Virus record (IMG/VR): IMGVR_UViG_3300037541_000451
Span: 13,730-77,729 of that record
Length of the DNA: 64,000 bases
DNA from: a virus
Lineage: Duplodnaviria; Caudoviricetes
Direction: 5' to 3' (one strand)
Part shown: positions 46,331-56,220 of the stretch, one piece after another
Position numbering within the stretch: position 1 is the stretch's first letter
Layout: the number at the start of each line of letters is the position of its first letter
Program-made: the position numbers and the translations under genes
The notes under the pieces: generated by a model
What the model was told of the DNA's origin: nothing
What the model saw: only the letters and a program-made list of their open reading frames with translations
Database searches by the model: none

Positions 46331-46909
46331 TCACGCAGGCGTAATTTCCGTTGAAGCGGTCTTGGCAGCCTTTTCAGCAGCCATCTTCGCACGGTAAGCA
46401 GCAAGACCTTCAGCGGCCTTAGGATTAAGTTCACGCTTGACTTCTCCAGCGCTATAAGCTGACATGACTTCATCCTTGTTCGCGATGATCCAGTCAGAAA
46501 GATCAGTGTTATTCTCGCTAGCAGCCATCAGAGTGTTACGAGCAGCCGTCTTCTTCTCATCATCATTCATACGCTTGACGCTAGGCCAGCGGAATGAATC
46601 AAGGATTGCAGCGGCGTTCTCTTGCAGGAACACCAGATCCTTGTCGTTGATGGTCTTAAGATGATCAAGAGCCTTATTAAGCTTCTTGTACTCAACCTTC
46701 GTAACACGGCGGATTTGACCGACCTCGAAAGCCATTTCAACTGTCTCTTGGTTTTCGATCAGCCAATTTACAAGATCTTTATTGTTCTTAGTAAGACGCA
46801 GCAGCGCCTCTTCAATCTTAGGACGGCGAAGATAATCCAGAGCCTCCTTCTTGGTTTCGAACATCTTACCATCGGGAGTCGTGAATACTTGCTTCAATTC
46901 CATTATCAT
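46331..46909 (-). CDS. Probably highly expressed hypothetical protein with internal duplication
   Basis: Own promoter copy upstream; GC 31/60 at 46381-46440; repeats NNKDLVNWLIENQETV / NNTDLSDWIIANKDEV. Confidence 0.8.
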   Translation of the reverse strand: MIMELKQVFTTPDGKMFETKKEALDYLRRPKIEEALLRLTKNNKDLVNWLIENQETVEMAFEVGQIRRVTKVEYKKLNKALDHLKTINDKDLVFLQENAAAILDSFRWPSVKRMNDDEKKTAARNTLMAASENNTDLSDWIIANKDEVMSAYSAGEVKRELNPKAAEGLAAYRAKMAAEKAAKTASTEITPA

Positions 46910-47001
46910 TCCTTTAGCGCACAGCGCTATTGTTTAAGAAATCGTAGCACATGCTACATATAAGATACCGCATTTTTCGTACGGCTACTTATTCAGAATA
47001 A

Positions 47002-47020
47002 GGGTTAAGTTAACGGGCTT
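47002..47020 (-). promoter_or_regulatory. Phage RNAP promoter candidate, copy 3 (AAGCCCGTTAACTTAACCC)
   Basis: 17/19 match to copies 1 and 2, intergenic. Confidence 0.75.
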
Positions 47021-47029
47021 ATCGTCAGT

Positions 47030-47158
47030 TTCGTCGCATGGTGTCTCCGTGCAGTTGAGAGCGCCCCACCTTGGGGCAGAATGGTACCGCCTTGCACCAG
47101 TCGCTGCGCGGCAGTACCTCGGTGATGTCGGAGCCGGTCGTTGCACCTGCGGCCCCTT
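47030..47158 (-). ncRNA. GC-rich multibranched non-coding element
   Basis: 40/60 GC at 47101-47160; stems GTGCA/TGCAC, GGTACTGCC/GGCGGTACC, GCCCCA/TGGGGC. Confidence 0.4.
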
Positions 47159-47198
47159 TAAAGTATTTATTTTCAGTAGTTTCTAAACTATTAGTTTT

Positions 47199-47690
47199 CT
47201 AGGTTTCGATTAGTTCTTTAGTGATAGAATCTCGGTACTCGATCTTAGGCGTATACGGAAATGTTACAGGAACCCTACTTTCATAACTTGTAAAAGCTGA
47301 TCTAGTTTTCTTCTTGGTCTCTGGGTCTATAAACCATTCCATCCATACAATACCTTGAATGTCGTAGGCACCAGTGTTATCTTTAAACACATGACCGCAA
47401 CGTTTATTTTGATAAAGAGGACCACTATCTCGTCCACCGAATTCACTTACATTGCTCCACTCCCAATCTTCACCTGTTAAAGGCACAATCGGTTCATATT
47501 TTGCAAGTGTTGAGAATAAGTTTATTGTATACAGTGCTGTAGTTCCTGAATGTCCTTCATCAGAAAATACTTTCAAAAGCTTTAAAATATGCTTACAAAT
47601 AGCTTCCTGCATTTCGTCTTTGAACTTGTTGTTCTCATCACACCAACCTGCAGCACGAAACTCTGTCCAAGCATGAAATTCTAAACTCAT
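47199..47690 (-). CDS. Conserved phage hypothetical protein
   Basis: VFSDEGHSG...PIVPLTGEDWEW...YQNKRC.HVFKD. Confidence 0.75.
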   Translation of the reverse strand: MSLEFHAWTEFRAAGWCDENNKFKDEMQEAICKHILKLLKVFSDEGHSGTTALYTINLFSTLAKYEPIVPLTGEDWEWSNVSEFGGRDSGPLYQNKRCGHVFKDNTGAYDIQGIVWMEWFIDPETKKKTRSAFTSYESRVPVTFPYTPKIEYRDSITKELIET

Positions 47691-47698
47691 TTTAACTC

Positions 47699-48628
47699 CT
47701 ATGACTTTGCTAACAGGTGATCACGCGGAACTTTAAAACCTGAAGCATTAGTGTGTCCACCACCGCCATAATATTCAGCAATCTTAGAAACGTCTAAACC
47801 GATACCAACGGTTGATCTGAGACTGAACGCACGATGTTCCTTTGTATCGTAATAAGTAGCAGCAAATGGATGATCTTTGGCCATAATCTCTCCAGCATCG
47901 CTGGCCATTGTATATGGCAAAGATGCTGTTGGAACTTCCACTCCAGCAATAACCATTGGTCGTACACAAGAACTAAGAAGTTCTTTAATATCTTTTTGAT
48001 GTTTACGATGAATTGCTTGGCCTTCAACAATAAGATTTACGTAAGCTTGGGCATCCTTAGAAACATCGATAGACATCAACTTGTCCCAGTTTTCAAATGT
48101 GTATTCAAATGAAAACACAGAAGATTGAATCTCTCGAGTGTTGGGAAGTTTAAACTGCCACAAATCTCTGTCTTGAATATGCCCCAACAAAAGCGGGCGT
48201 GTATCTTTAGAATGAAACCAATCCCAAGCAATTACAGCACCACTACGCTCTAAATCTAAATCCATTGATAGATTTTTATGGTATAAGCCCTCTAAATCAT
48301 TTTTTGCTGAGATATGGTGATCTAAAATAATCACATAAAAAGCTTTTTCTAAGATCTTTTCGATAATACCGCGTTTGTAACTAAAATCAATTAAATATAC
48401 AAAACCACTATCTGAAATATCAGGCGGAGGTTTTCCATACACTCCTGGATGGAAAGTCAATTTACCATTATAGCTATTTTCAGTTAAACTATATTGAATA
48501 CTTCCAGTCGTCTCATTTACTATTACTTCCTTTCGAAAGTCAATGAAAGGTTTAAAGTGTGTATAAGCACACCATGCTCCTGTAAACCCATCAGCGCAAT
48601 TGCCATGATAAATTATATCGATGTTCAT
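47699..48628 (-). CDS. DHH/DHHA1 family phosphoesterase
   Basis: IYHGNCADG, IDFS, ILDHH, GGGGH. Confidence 0.9.
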   Translation of the reverse strand: MNIDIIYHGNCADGFTGAWCAYTHFKPFIDFRKEVIVNETTGSIQYSLTENSYNGKLTFHPGVYGKPPPDISDSGFVYLIDFSYKRGIIEKILEKAFYVIILDHHISAKNDLEGLYHKNLSMDLDLERSGAVIAWDWFHSKDTRPLLLGHIQDRDLWQFKLPNTREIQSSVFSFEYTFENWDKLMSIDVSKDAQAYVNLIVEGQAIHRKHQKDIKELLSSCVRPMVIAGVEVPTASLPYTMASDAGEIMAKDHPFAATYYDTKEHRAFSLRSTVGIGLDVSKIAEYYGGGGHTNASGFKVPRDHLLAKS

Positions 48629-48852
48629 TTGTATTTCTTTTGAAGTTTTTCATGAACCTCTGTGGCTACTGCACGCCATAGTTTTGGACTAATAAGCTGA
48701 TTATCTTCAACTGATGTAGGATTAGATTTGGCGACTTGCTCAGAATAATACCGAATTGCTTCGATAATAAACACTTGAGCAAGGCCGCCGTACTTGGAAT
48801 ACTCCATCAACTCAGTGATGAATTCCGTATTAGTTTGCGGCCTTTCTGTCAT
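48625..48852 (-). CDS. Hypothetical protein
   Basis: Coupled stop/start. Confidence 0.6.
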   Translation of the reverse strand: MTERPQTNTEFITELMEYSKYGGLAQVFIIEAIRYYSEQVAKSNPTSVEDNQLISPKLWRAVATEVHEKLQKKYK

Positions 48853-49040
48853 ACGTATTCCGTTAAATCATTTTCATGGAAAAATTCTTTGTTAACGAAA
48901 AAGCCTTCCTTTGTGAATTTGAGCATTCTTGATTTTTCATCAAGAGCTACAATTGGGTACTCTGAGCCTTGATTTACGAAAAGAACAGTGAAAAACTTGC
49001 CTGATCGACTCTTCCAAAGCTGCCCTACTTTGAATTGCAT
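48849..49040 (-). CDS. Hypothetical protein
   Basis: FKVGQLWKSRSG SH3-like start. Confidence 0.6.
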   Translation of the reverse strand: MQFKVGQLWKSRSGKFFTVLFVNQGSEYPIVALDEKSRMLKFTKEGFFVNKEFFHENDLTEYV

Positions 49041-49065
49041 TTTTATTCCTTATCTGGAAATTCCA

Positions 49066-50067
49066 TTATTCAAAAATCTCATCAACCAGCTTAGCAATAT
49101 AAGCTGAATCGATTTTACCATCTTTTGATTTAAGTGCTTCGAGCAGCTGATACATATAAGCTTGATCGACACCAATCAGTTGCTCTCTCAAAACACCTGG
49201 CTTATTAAAATCAATCTCTGTAATTTGCCAAATAATCTTCAGCAGCTGACCTGCTGTAATTCGCCAGCCTCTTTCGATAAATTTACGAATGCGAAAGATT
49301 GATGCAATAGGGTACAAACTACCCTTATAAACTAGTGCTTTACTCAATAATGATTCTAGTGCGACCGGCTCTAAATGCAATTCATTCTTTGCGTAATCAT
49401 AATAATTCATTGTATGAGCAAAGTCGTAGTTATTCAGAATCTTATCAGGCTCTCCGTAGAACCTAATAATAAGCTGAATCTTATCCGACATTGTAATTGC
49501 ATTATCAGAAAGAAATACAGGCCTGTACTTAGGCTTTGTTTTGTCCTTCAGATCTGTTACAAGAACTTCAACAGTTCCGATAGGATCGTTATCCGGAATT
49601 TCGACTGATGAGATCAATTCAGTATTTGATAGACTATCAAAGAAATCTTCAGTATCTTGTTCTGGATGCCCTTCGAAATATTTATATTCACCTTGAGTTT
49701 CGGAAGCAACACCTGCACTCTTAATTCTAATAACAACTCGACGTTCAGTCTCGCCTTTGATATTTTGAATGTCTTCTTCCATTACAGTTGGAAGACTTCC
49801 ATTCATTGTGATTTTTTTGTCTTTATTTAGAGTATTAAATACGCTCACGTAATACTCAGCTACGGCTTTGGTAGTACTGAGTGTTCTGAAGTAGATATCG
49901 TAATCGTTAATTGTTTCACCGAGCAACATAGAAGCAATTGCACCACCTGATACAATAGCATCTTTTTTGATATCGGCTACGAGTGTCTCATCGGTAATTG
50001 TTTTGAGCCAATCATCAATTCGGTTACGCAAAACTGTTTTGATTGTAGATGCTTTCATACCAGACAT
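49066..50067 (-). CDS. Pol-beta-fold nucleotidyltransferase-like protein
   Basis: VSGGAIAS...NDYDIYF (GG..DxD); YDFAH; FRIRKFIERGW. Confidence 0.65.
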   Translation of the reverse strand: MSGMKASTIKTVLRNRIDDWLKTITDETLVADIKKDAIVSGGAIASMLLGETINDYDIYFRTLSTTKAVAEYYVSVFNTLNKDKKITMNGSLPTVMEEDIQNIKGETERRVVIRIKSAGVASETQGEYKYFEGHPEQDTEDFFDSLSNTELISSVEIPDNDPIGTVEVLVTDLKDKTKPKYRPVFLSDNAITMSDKIQLIIRFYGEPDKILNNYDFAHTMNYYDYAKNELHLEPVALESLLSKALVYKGSLYPIASIFRIRKFIERGWRITAGQLLKIIWQITEIDFNKPGVLREQLIGVDQAYMYQLLEALKSKDGKIDSAYIAKLVDEIFE

Positions 50068-50231
50068 TTTTAATCTTCCTTTACTTTAAGATAGAGTTGA
50101 AAAGTTTTATTGTTTATCTTTACTTGACAATGACCTGTTTCAAATAATTCTGTAATTTCAGAAGAATAATCTGAAACAAAATCTTCTATTGCCGCGTAAG
50201 ATAAATTTAGTTCATCAAGTAATATTTCCAT

Positions 50232-51137
50232 TTAAATATCAATCACTGAACGAAAACCTACTGCTCTTCCAAACCTAGGTTTATTTTTAATGCCATATAA
50301 GAAGTATCTAAATTTAATTAGTTTACCTCTATACTGATCAATATTAGACAAAAGTTTTCTTCGTTGATCGTGAGTGAAACTTCCTGAAGAAATTTCAATT
50401 TCATCACCTTCAAACTCTATAATCAACGTTCCTGCAATTTCACTTTCTACTAGATTTTCTTTTCGAGAGGATCTCTTAGCATATCCCAATTCATCGCGTT
50501 CTAACGGATTATGATTGGTCATTGCTGGCAAGACATCAATTAAAACGCCTTCAGCTTCTTTAAATCGTTTTAGTTTATAAATTATGTTTTGATTGAAAGT
50601 AGCTCTACCCATTTTATATGGAGATAGCGGGTTTCGAAGCATTACGCCTTCGTAACCTTGAGCCAATACTTCCATTTCATAAGCAATTAACTCATTATAA
50701 TTATTTACTTCATGATGCTCTAGAAATATATATTCAGATGATAAACTTTGAATTGCTGTTACTAATCTTTTAGCTTCAAATAATCTTTCATAGAAAGGTC
50801 TGTTAATCCAATCAGGATGAGTGTAATCAAATGCATAATATTTAAGATTACCAGGTTTGTCTTCTGACATTACATGGCTTTGTGTCCTATTATATACATT
50901 TGGATCTGTAGCTTCACCTTCAATTAGTTCACCGTCCAAGTGCTCAATATATGTAAAATCAGACTGAACTTGATAAGATGGTAATTGTAAAAAACTACGC
51001 GACATTGCCTTTTTATACTTTACAATACATCTAATGCCGTCAAGTTTTGGAGAACACAAATAAGGGTATTGAAGTCTTTTAAAATAATCTGGAAAAGAAA
51101 GAGGGTCTTCTCCAGATGCTAGAAGCGGCTTAAACAT
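50232..51137 (-). CDS. ATP-dependent DNA ligase
   Basis: SPKLDGIRC, LDGELI, YAFD, YEGVMLR, KLK. Confidence 0.95.
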   Translation of the reverse strand: MFKPLLASGEDPLSFPDYFKRLQYPYLCSPKLDGIRCIVKYKKAMSRSFLQLPSYQVQSDFTYIEHLDGELIEGEATDPNVYNRTQSHVMSEDKPGNLKYYAFDYTHPDWINRPFYERLFEAKRLVTAIQSLSSEYIFLEHHEVNNYNELIAYEMEVLAQGYEGVMLRNPLSPYKMGRATFNQNIIYKLKRFKEAEGVLIDVLPAMTNHNPLERDELGYAKRSSRKENLVESEIAGTLIIEFEGDEIEISSGSFTHDQRRKLLSNIDQYRGKLIKFRYFLYGIKNKPRFGRAVGFRSVIDI

Positions 51138-51139
51138 AA

Positions 51140-51430
51140 TTAATTAGTACCTCCGTAACTTTCATCAGTGCCCCATCCTACAGATGTCAGTGCAGACTCA
51201 TGATCACCATCCATTGAATCCATAGCTTGTTCCGTTACATAACGATTCTCGACGAATGCTTCTAATGCCTCTTTCCAGTCAAGTAGAGGCATCTGTAAAT
51301 GATTATCATCTATACAATGGAAGTCTAAGAATTTTTTGAATTTTTCTTCATCTGCTGTCAAGGTTTCGAACTCGTCGAGAAGTGTTCGCATGTATGAAAG
51401 AAATTCATTTCGATCCATTTTTAACCCCAA
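51140..51430 (-). CDS. Hypothetical acidic protein
   Basis: DGDHESALTSVGWGTDESYG. Confidence 0.6.
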   Translation of the reverse strand: MGLKMDRNEFLSYMRTLLDEFETLTADEEKFKKFLDFHCIDDNHLQMPLLDWKEALEAFVENRYVTEQAMDSMDGDHESALTSVGWGTDESYGGTN

Positions 51431-51777
51431 ACAATGTCGTCACCAAGTGCAATCGCAATCCTAACCAATGTATCAAAGTCCTTTAGCCTTTCTAAAACAT
51501 AACTGTTGAGTTGATGAATTTTTTCAAGATCTTTGATTTTTTTCAAAAGATTTTCAAATTCTTTCGATGAAATTTCACCACTATAAACTGCTTTGAATCC
51601 TAACACTTCGAGCATGCGAAGTGCGTTTACATTACTCAGATTGATTTCAAAAAAGATTGGCTTTGGATATGTTTTTGGATTAAAGAAATCATCGTTTGGT
51701 TTACTCGGATCATAATAATTGTTTCTTGCCTGATAAGAAACGTGTCCGTGTTTTTTAAGAAAGAATGTAATAGACAT
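51421..51777 (-). CDS. Hypothetical protein
   Basis: Packed, same strand. Confidence 0.6.
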   Translation of the reverse strand: MSITFFLKKHGHVSYQARNNYYDPSKPNDDFFNPKTYPKPIFFEINLSNVNALRMLEVLGFKAVYSGEISSKEFENLLKKIKDLEKIHQLNSYVLERLKDFDTLVRIAIALGDDIVWG

Positions 51778-51779
51778 TT

Positions 51780-51998
51780 TTAACCTCCAAGAATGATTTT
51801 AGATTCTTCTTTCTTCTGAGTCTGTTGTTTGTCAAGCTCGTTTAAGATGTAAACTAAAGTTTGTATAATTAAATTACTGCGCTCAAGAAGGACTGGCATA
51901 GTGGCCGCTGCTGGATTGCCTAATAGCGGGTTGTTGTACTTATTTACAATTTCTTGATCTTTTTGAATTAATAGCTGTTTTATTTCAAATGGTGACAT
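51780..51998 (-). CDS. Hypothetical protein
   Basis: Packed, same strand. Confidence 0.55.
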   Translation of the reverse strand: MSPFEIKQLLIQKDQEIVNKYNNPLLGNPAAATMPVLLERSNLIIQTLVYILNELDKQQTQKKEESKIILGG

Positions 51999-52232
51999 TT
52001 TATTTTCCCGTTTAATAAATAAAACGCTTCGTTGGCTCTGGAACCTCGCATATGAAATACTCTGAAGATTTTAAAATATAAACTTTCTGATCTAGATATA
52101 CTTTACTAAGCAATACAGCTTGTTTAGAAGCTTCCTCATAATTGCTATATTTTTTCCCAGGAAATACACCTTTCACAATAAACTATGTAAAAAGAATCTT
52201 CTGACTTTTTCATATTAACCTTTCAATTTTAA

Positions 52233-52254
52233 AGGGCACCATCAAGGGCGCCCT
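52233..52254 (-). terminator. Intrinsic terminator
   Basis: AGGGCGCC/GGTGCCCT stem then TT-AAAATT on the minus strand. Confidence 0.6.
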
Positions 52255-52258
52255 AAAT

Positions 52259-52576
52259 TTATTTACTAATATAATGCATGATCTTCATAAAATCATGTAC
52301 TTCCATATTCAGCATTTCTTCGATCGTAGGTGACTTTTCATCAATCCTTGTAACTAGCGTTGCTAGTTTCAAACTTTGAGCTAAATCATCAGGATCTCTG
52401 GCTGCTAACAAATGAAACACTTTGACTTTATAAACACTTACAAATCGACCGTCTGAAAGTACAAGTTCACCTTTCTTATCGGATTGGACAGGCTCCGCTA
52501 GCACATTCGTCTGCGCTTTCGAATTCTGCGTTGCCGATTGAGTTGATGACACAAGTTTTTGCAACCAATTCATCAT
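52259..52576 (-). CDS. Hypothetical protein, start uncertain (overlaps RNR end)
   Basis: C-terminal ~70 aa fill the gap to the terminator. Confidence 0.4.
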   Translation of the reverse strand: MMNWLQKLVSSTQSATQNSKAQTNVLAEPVQSDKKGELVLSDGRFVSVYKVKVFHLLAARDPDDLAQSLKLATLVTRIDEKSPTIEEMLNMEVHDFMKIMHYISK

Positions 52577-54380
52577 ACCTTTCCTTCGTTATTTCTTCAT
52601 AAGGAGCTTGCGCAAAACCGTGCTCAGAATGGAGTAAAAATGAAAGACTTTTATGGTTATCTTTGTAATGGTCTTTCAAATAAGCCTTTATTTCAGGTAT
52701 TTCTTCTTTGCGATAGTAAATAGTACAAGACACACTATTGTCAGACCAATCACGTTGAAGTCTTCTAATTTCATTTAATTGATCCATCGCAGTCATGTCT
52801 TTTGCAAGACGCGTACCTTCAGGATAACTAAATGGAAATGTTACAACAACCGTGTTATAATCTTCTGAGCCATCAAAGTTTTTAACGTACTCAACAGGAT
52901 AGCCAGCATTTCGACACGTATCAACTAGCTCATGATTAGCTGCGATTCGAATTCTGCGATACATATACTGAGCGTATGCAGGATGAATGCCAGGAGTTAC
53001 TCCAGGGAGTAACGACAGAGTACCTGAAGGCTTTACTGTTGTTAACTTAATACTAGGTTGAAAATCCTTGAGTTCTGAATAACGATCGTCAAAATCTCTC
53101 AGATACAAATAGCCTTCATCCAACCATGAATTCTGTTCCTCTGTGGCTTGCTGAATACCTGTTACGCTAATACCCATTCGCATGTTCTTATGAACAATAC
53201 GCTCAGTTTCTGGATGATGTGAAGGTAATGTTAATGAGTGTTTGTTAATGCGATACAAAAGTTCGCTAATATCTAAAAATTCTTCTTTACTTTTGACATT
53301 TGGCAAAAAGATTTCAGCAAGACAGCATGTCTCATATGGCGCTAAAGATTGCTCTGCGCAAGGATTATAACCAATAACATCAGGATCAGGGTATTCAGTT
53401 TCCCCTAAACGACCTACTTTACGAGAAAGCGGTAAATTAATTAGACCGTACGGCTCACCTTTACCTTCGTAGCCATCCCAGAAATATTCATGGAGATCTT
53501 CAATATTATCACAAGCTACGCTGTTGTTTGACATTGCACGCCAAGAAGGGATATTACCCATGTCCCAGCGCTTAGCAAGCAAGTACTCTACATCATCCGG
53601 ATCGCCAATTGCAATTTGAGCTGATCTACGAACATTACCGGCTACAATAATGTAACCAATAATATTCATAATGTCAAGCGCATCAATTGGCCTTATTTTC
53701 TTACCGCGTCGCTTTTCTAAGATCTCTGAAATCTTGCCAATACCCCAACACAATTCTTCAGGGCCACTTGCTACTCCACCAAAACCTTTTATAGGAGTTC
53801 CTTTACCTCGAATAACTTGAGTGGAGTAGGTGAATGTTCCCTTTTCCTTAATTTCGCTTAAGAATGCAGCTTTTAGTGTTTTGCCAAGAAATTTTACCCA
53901 GCCTTCTCTTGAATCAGGAATAATAAAATCGGCGCCGCCATTATCAACTCGTGTTGGAGCTTTAAACCAGTCACGCACTACTGGAAGCTTATCAACGTAC
54001 TTCTTTTGAATATTATAGCCTACACCTGCTCCTAAGGCGAGCATATCCATCGTCCAACAGAAAGGTCTGACGGGGCTGTCTACTACTGTGAATGCACAGT
54101 TCTGTAAGGAAGCTAGACCAAACCTATCGACTGTTTTTGTACCGAGTTGCCATAAAAATCTTCCAGCAACAGAGCACTTAAGGTTTAGGAAGTAATACCT
54201 AAGACGCGCCTCCTCGTCCTTAGTAAAACCGACATTTAATTGTTTATCACACGCTTCAATAATACGCTCGATCGTCTCCGGGAATTCTTCAGTCCTGTTT
54301 GTGTTTTCAACAGGCCTTGCATATGTTCTTTTGTAGGTAAGATAACCAACAGTTGACCACGGGATTACAGTTTCGCTCAT
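52476..54380 (-). CDS. nrdJ: Class II (B12-dependent) ribonucleotide reductase, monomeric RTPR type
   Basis: SLQNCA, GNVRRSA, GYNPCAEQ, ETCCLAE, TTVKPSGT, C-terminal CASGACPIR. Confidence 0.92.
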   Translation of the reverse strand: MSETVIPWSTVGYLTYKRTYARPVENTNRTEEFPETIERIIEACDKQLNVGFTKDEEARLRYYFLNLKCSVAGRFLWQLGTKTVDRFGLASLQNCAFTVVDSPVRPFCWTMDMLALGAGVGYNIQKKYVDKLPVVRDWFKAPTRVDNGGADFIIPDSREGWVKFLGKTLKAAFLSEIKEKGTFTYSTQVIRGKGTPIKGFGGVASGPEELCWGIGKISEILEKRRGKKIRPIDALDIMNIIGYIIVAGNVRRSAQIAIGDPDDVEYLLAKRWDMGNIPSWRAMSNNSVACDNIEDLHEYFWDGYEGKGEPYGLINLPLSRKVGRLGETEYPDPDVIGYNPCAEQSLAPYETCCLAEIFLPNVKSKEEFLDISELLYRINKHSLTLPSHHPETERIVHKNMRMGISVTGIQQATEEQNSWLDEGYLYLRDFDDRYSELKDFQPSIKLTTVKPSGTLSLLPGVTPGIHPAYAQYMYRRIRIAANHELVDTCRNAGYPVEYVKNFDGSEDYNTVVVTFPFSYPEGTRLAKDMTAMDQLNEIRRLQRDWSDNSVSCTIYYRKEEIPEIKAYLKDHYKDNHKSLSFLLHSEHGFAQAPYEEITKERYDELVAKTCVINSIGNAEFESADECASGACPIR

Positions 54381-54396
54381 TTAATATCCGTCAGTG

Positions 54397-56049
54397 TTAA
54401 ATTGTTACGAATTCTTCAACATCTGCGGTTGAACCGATTAATCTACCAGTATCATAGATGTAGTGTGCACCCTTAACATTACCAGTTAAACCAGTATGTC
54501 TGCACTTTAAAATTCTCATTTTAATCGTGTTTCTTTCAGCTTCACTATCAGCAATCAAGTTTCTAGCGAATGATATAATATCAAAAGATACTTGTTTGAT
54601 TGAACCAGAACCTCGGATGTCATCTAGGGATGGTAGTACACCTTCTTCAAAGGCTTTCTTTGTGTTCGGAGTCTTACGCAAATGCGAAACTAAACCAATC
54701 CAAGGTGTATGTCTTTTTGCAATTCTTAAAAGATCATTCATGATTTTGTCTTGAGCTTCATTGCCTGTTAAGTTTTCAACACCTTCTGAGACAAGAATCG
54801 TAATGTGATCAATGAATAAGTACTTGCAGCCTACCAGACACATATATTCTAGCTTGTCTATAATACTACTATCATTGATAGAACCTTGATGGTCTAGCAA
54901 CACGACGCGATCGTTATTAAATACCTTATCAAAACCTTCTCTAAGCTCTTCTAAAGGGATCTCATCCTTTGCAGGATTTCGAAGCAGCGCCATACCAGCC
55001 AACTTACGTGCGGTTTCTGCAGGAGATTCTTCTAAACTGACTACTCCGATTTTATCTTCAGTAGTCATTAAAATATGTAACATTATTTCTCTAAGGACAG
55101 TGCTTTTACCACTACCTGTTCCAGAAATAAATAATGCGATTTCGCCAAATCTCATTCCTTTTAGTTTCGAATTTACACCATCAAGACAAGGCGGATAAGG
55201 TACAGACTGAATTTTATTATAATTTTCTAGAGCATTCCAAAGATCTTCTTTAGTAATAATACCACTAGGAATATACGGAGCTGCATCAAAAATACATTGT
55301 AAAAGTTTATTTCCGTCAGCTTTTAAAAGAACTTCATTTGCATCTTTGAATGGAAGCTTTGTAATTTTTGCTTTATCAATTCCGATAATCTTGATAGCTT
55401 CAGCACAAGCTTCCTTACCAGCATTATCTTCATCAAGGCACAGCACGACTTCACTAAATGATCTAATCCAATCTCTATTTTCCAATAGAGACTTAGTCAT
55501 TGAAGCAGATGAAAGAGCTGCTACTGGATATATTTTATTATACTTTTCCATAGACGCTTGAGCAACACTTAAAGCATCTATTTCGCCTTCAGTAATTATA
55601 AGTCTTTTGCCGGCACCGTTAAATTTTTCTTTGCCAAATAGATTAAGTGAATTATTAATCCAGCTAAACTTTTTTGGAAGTTCTCTTTTCTTATAAGCTT
55701 TACCGCCGTCATACGGATAATAGTGTGCTTCTATTTCACCGTTTTCATTATAAGAACATTTTACATCAAAAAATTCTGCGACTTGTTTTGTAATACCCCT
55801 GTCTTTAAAACCTCTGACAGGAAGCTCTTTAATTTCATCTATAGAAAGCGATTTGCGGACTTTCGTAAATGTCTCTGTCACTTTTATCTCTTTCTGCTCT
55901 TCAACTTCAGTTTCGTCTCGAGCATCTGCTGGAAAAAATTTCTGACATGAAAAACAAAAAGAAGTACCATCATCATAAAGACGTCTAGCATCACTAGATC
56001 CGCATTCCTTACTTAAGCATCTGAGTCTTGCCTTAGTGAGTTTACCCAT
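54397..56049 (-). CDS. Primase-helicase (T7 gp4-like)
   Basis: Zn finger C..C...CFSC, ITEGEIDA TOPRIM, GTGSGKS, FIDHI, VSHLRK, DIRGSGSIKQ. Confidence 0.95.
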   Translation of the reverse strand: MGKLTKARLRCLSKECGSSDARRLYDDGTSFCFSCQKFFPADARDETEVEEQKEIKVTETFTKVRKSLSIDEIKELPVRGFKDRGITKQVAEFFDVKCSYNENGEIEAHYYPYDGGKAYKKRELPKKFSWINNSLNLFGKEKFNGAGKRLIITEGEIDALSVAQASMEKYNKIYPVAALSSASMTKSLLENRDWIRSFSEVVLCLDEDNAGKEACAEAIKIIGIDKAKITKLPFKDANEVLLKADGNKLLQCIFDAAPYIPSGIITKEDLWNALENYNKIQSVPYPPCLDGVNSKLKGMRFGEIALFISGTGSGKSTVLREIMLHILMTTEDKIGVVSLEESPAETARKLAGMALLRNPAKDEIPLEELREGFDKVFNNDRVVLLDHQGSINDSSIIDKLEYMCLVGCKYLFIDHITILVSEGVENLTGNEAQDKIMNDLLRIAKRHTPWIGLVSHLRKTPNTKKAFEEGVLPSLDDIRGSGSIKQVSFDIISFARNLIADSEAERNTIKMRILKCRHTGLTGNVKGAHYIYDTGRLIGSTADVEEFVTI

Positions 56050-56219
56050 TGAATTAAGACTCCTGAAATTACTGTTAATAAAACGATTAAAAGAGTATAG
56101 TCTTGTGATTCAAACTTAGCTTCAATATTTACCAAATGAACTACACTATAACCTAATGAAAACAACAAAACAATTATAGTTATAAAATTTAGTAAATGCA
56201 CTAAAGTTGTTAATTTCAT
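56013..56219 (-). CDS. Small two-TM membrane protein
   Basis: Two hydrophobic stretches. Confidence 0.5.
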   Translation of the reverse strand: MKLTTLVHLLNFITIIVLLFSLGYSVVHLVNIEAKFESQDYTLLIVLLTVISGVLIQWVNSLRQDSDA

Positions 56220-56220
56220 A

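Noticed and set aside
47021-47035. Hammerhead ribozyme (GAAACUGACGA on the minus strand)
   Set aside because: The two core segments abut, with no stems I or III between them.
52007-52020. Additional promoter copy (CCCGTTTAATAAAT on the plus strand)
   Set aside because: Lacks the TAACC arm and the palindrome; too weak in AT-rich DNA.
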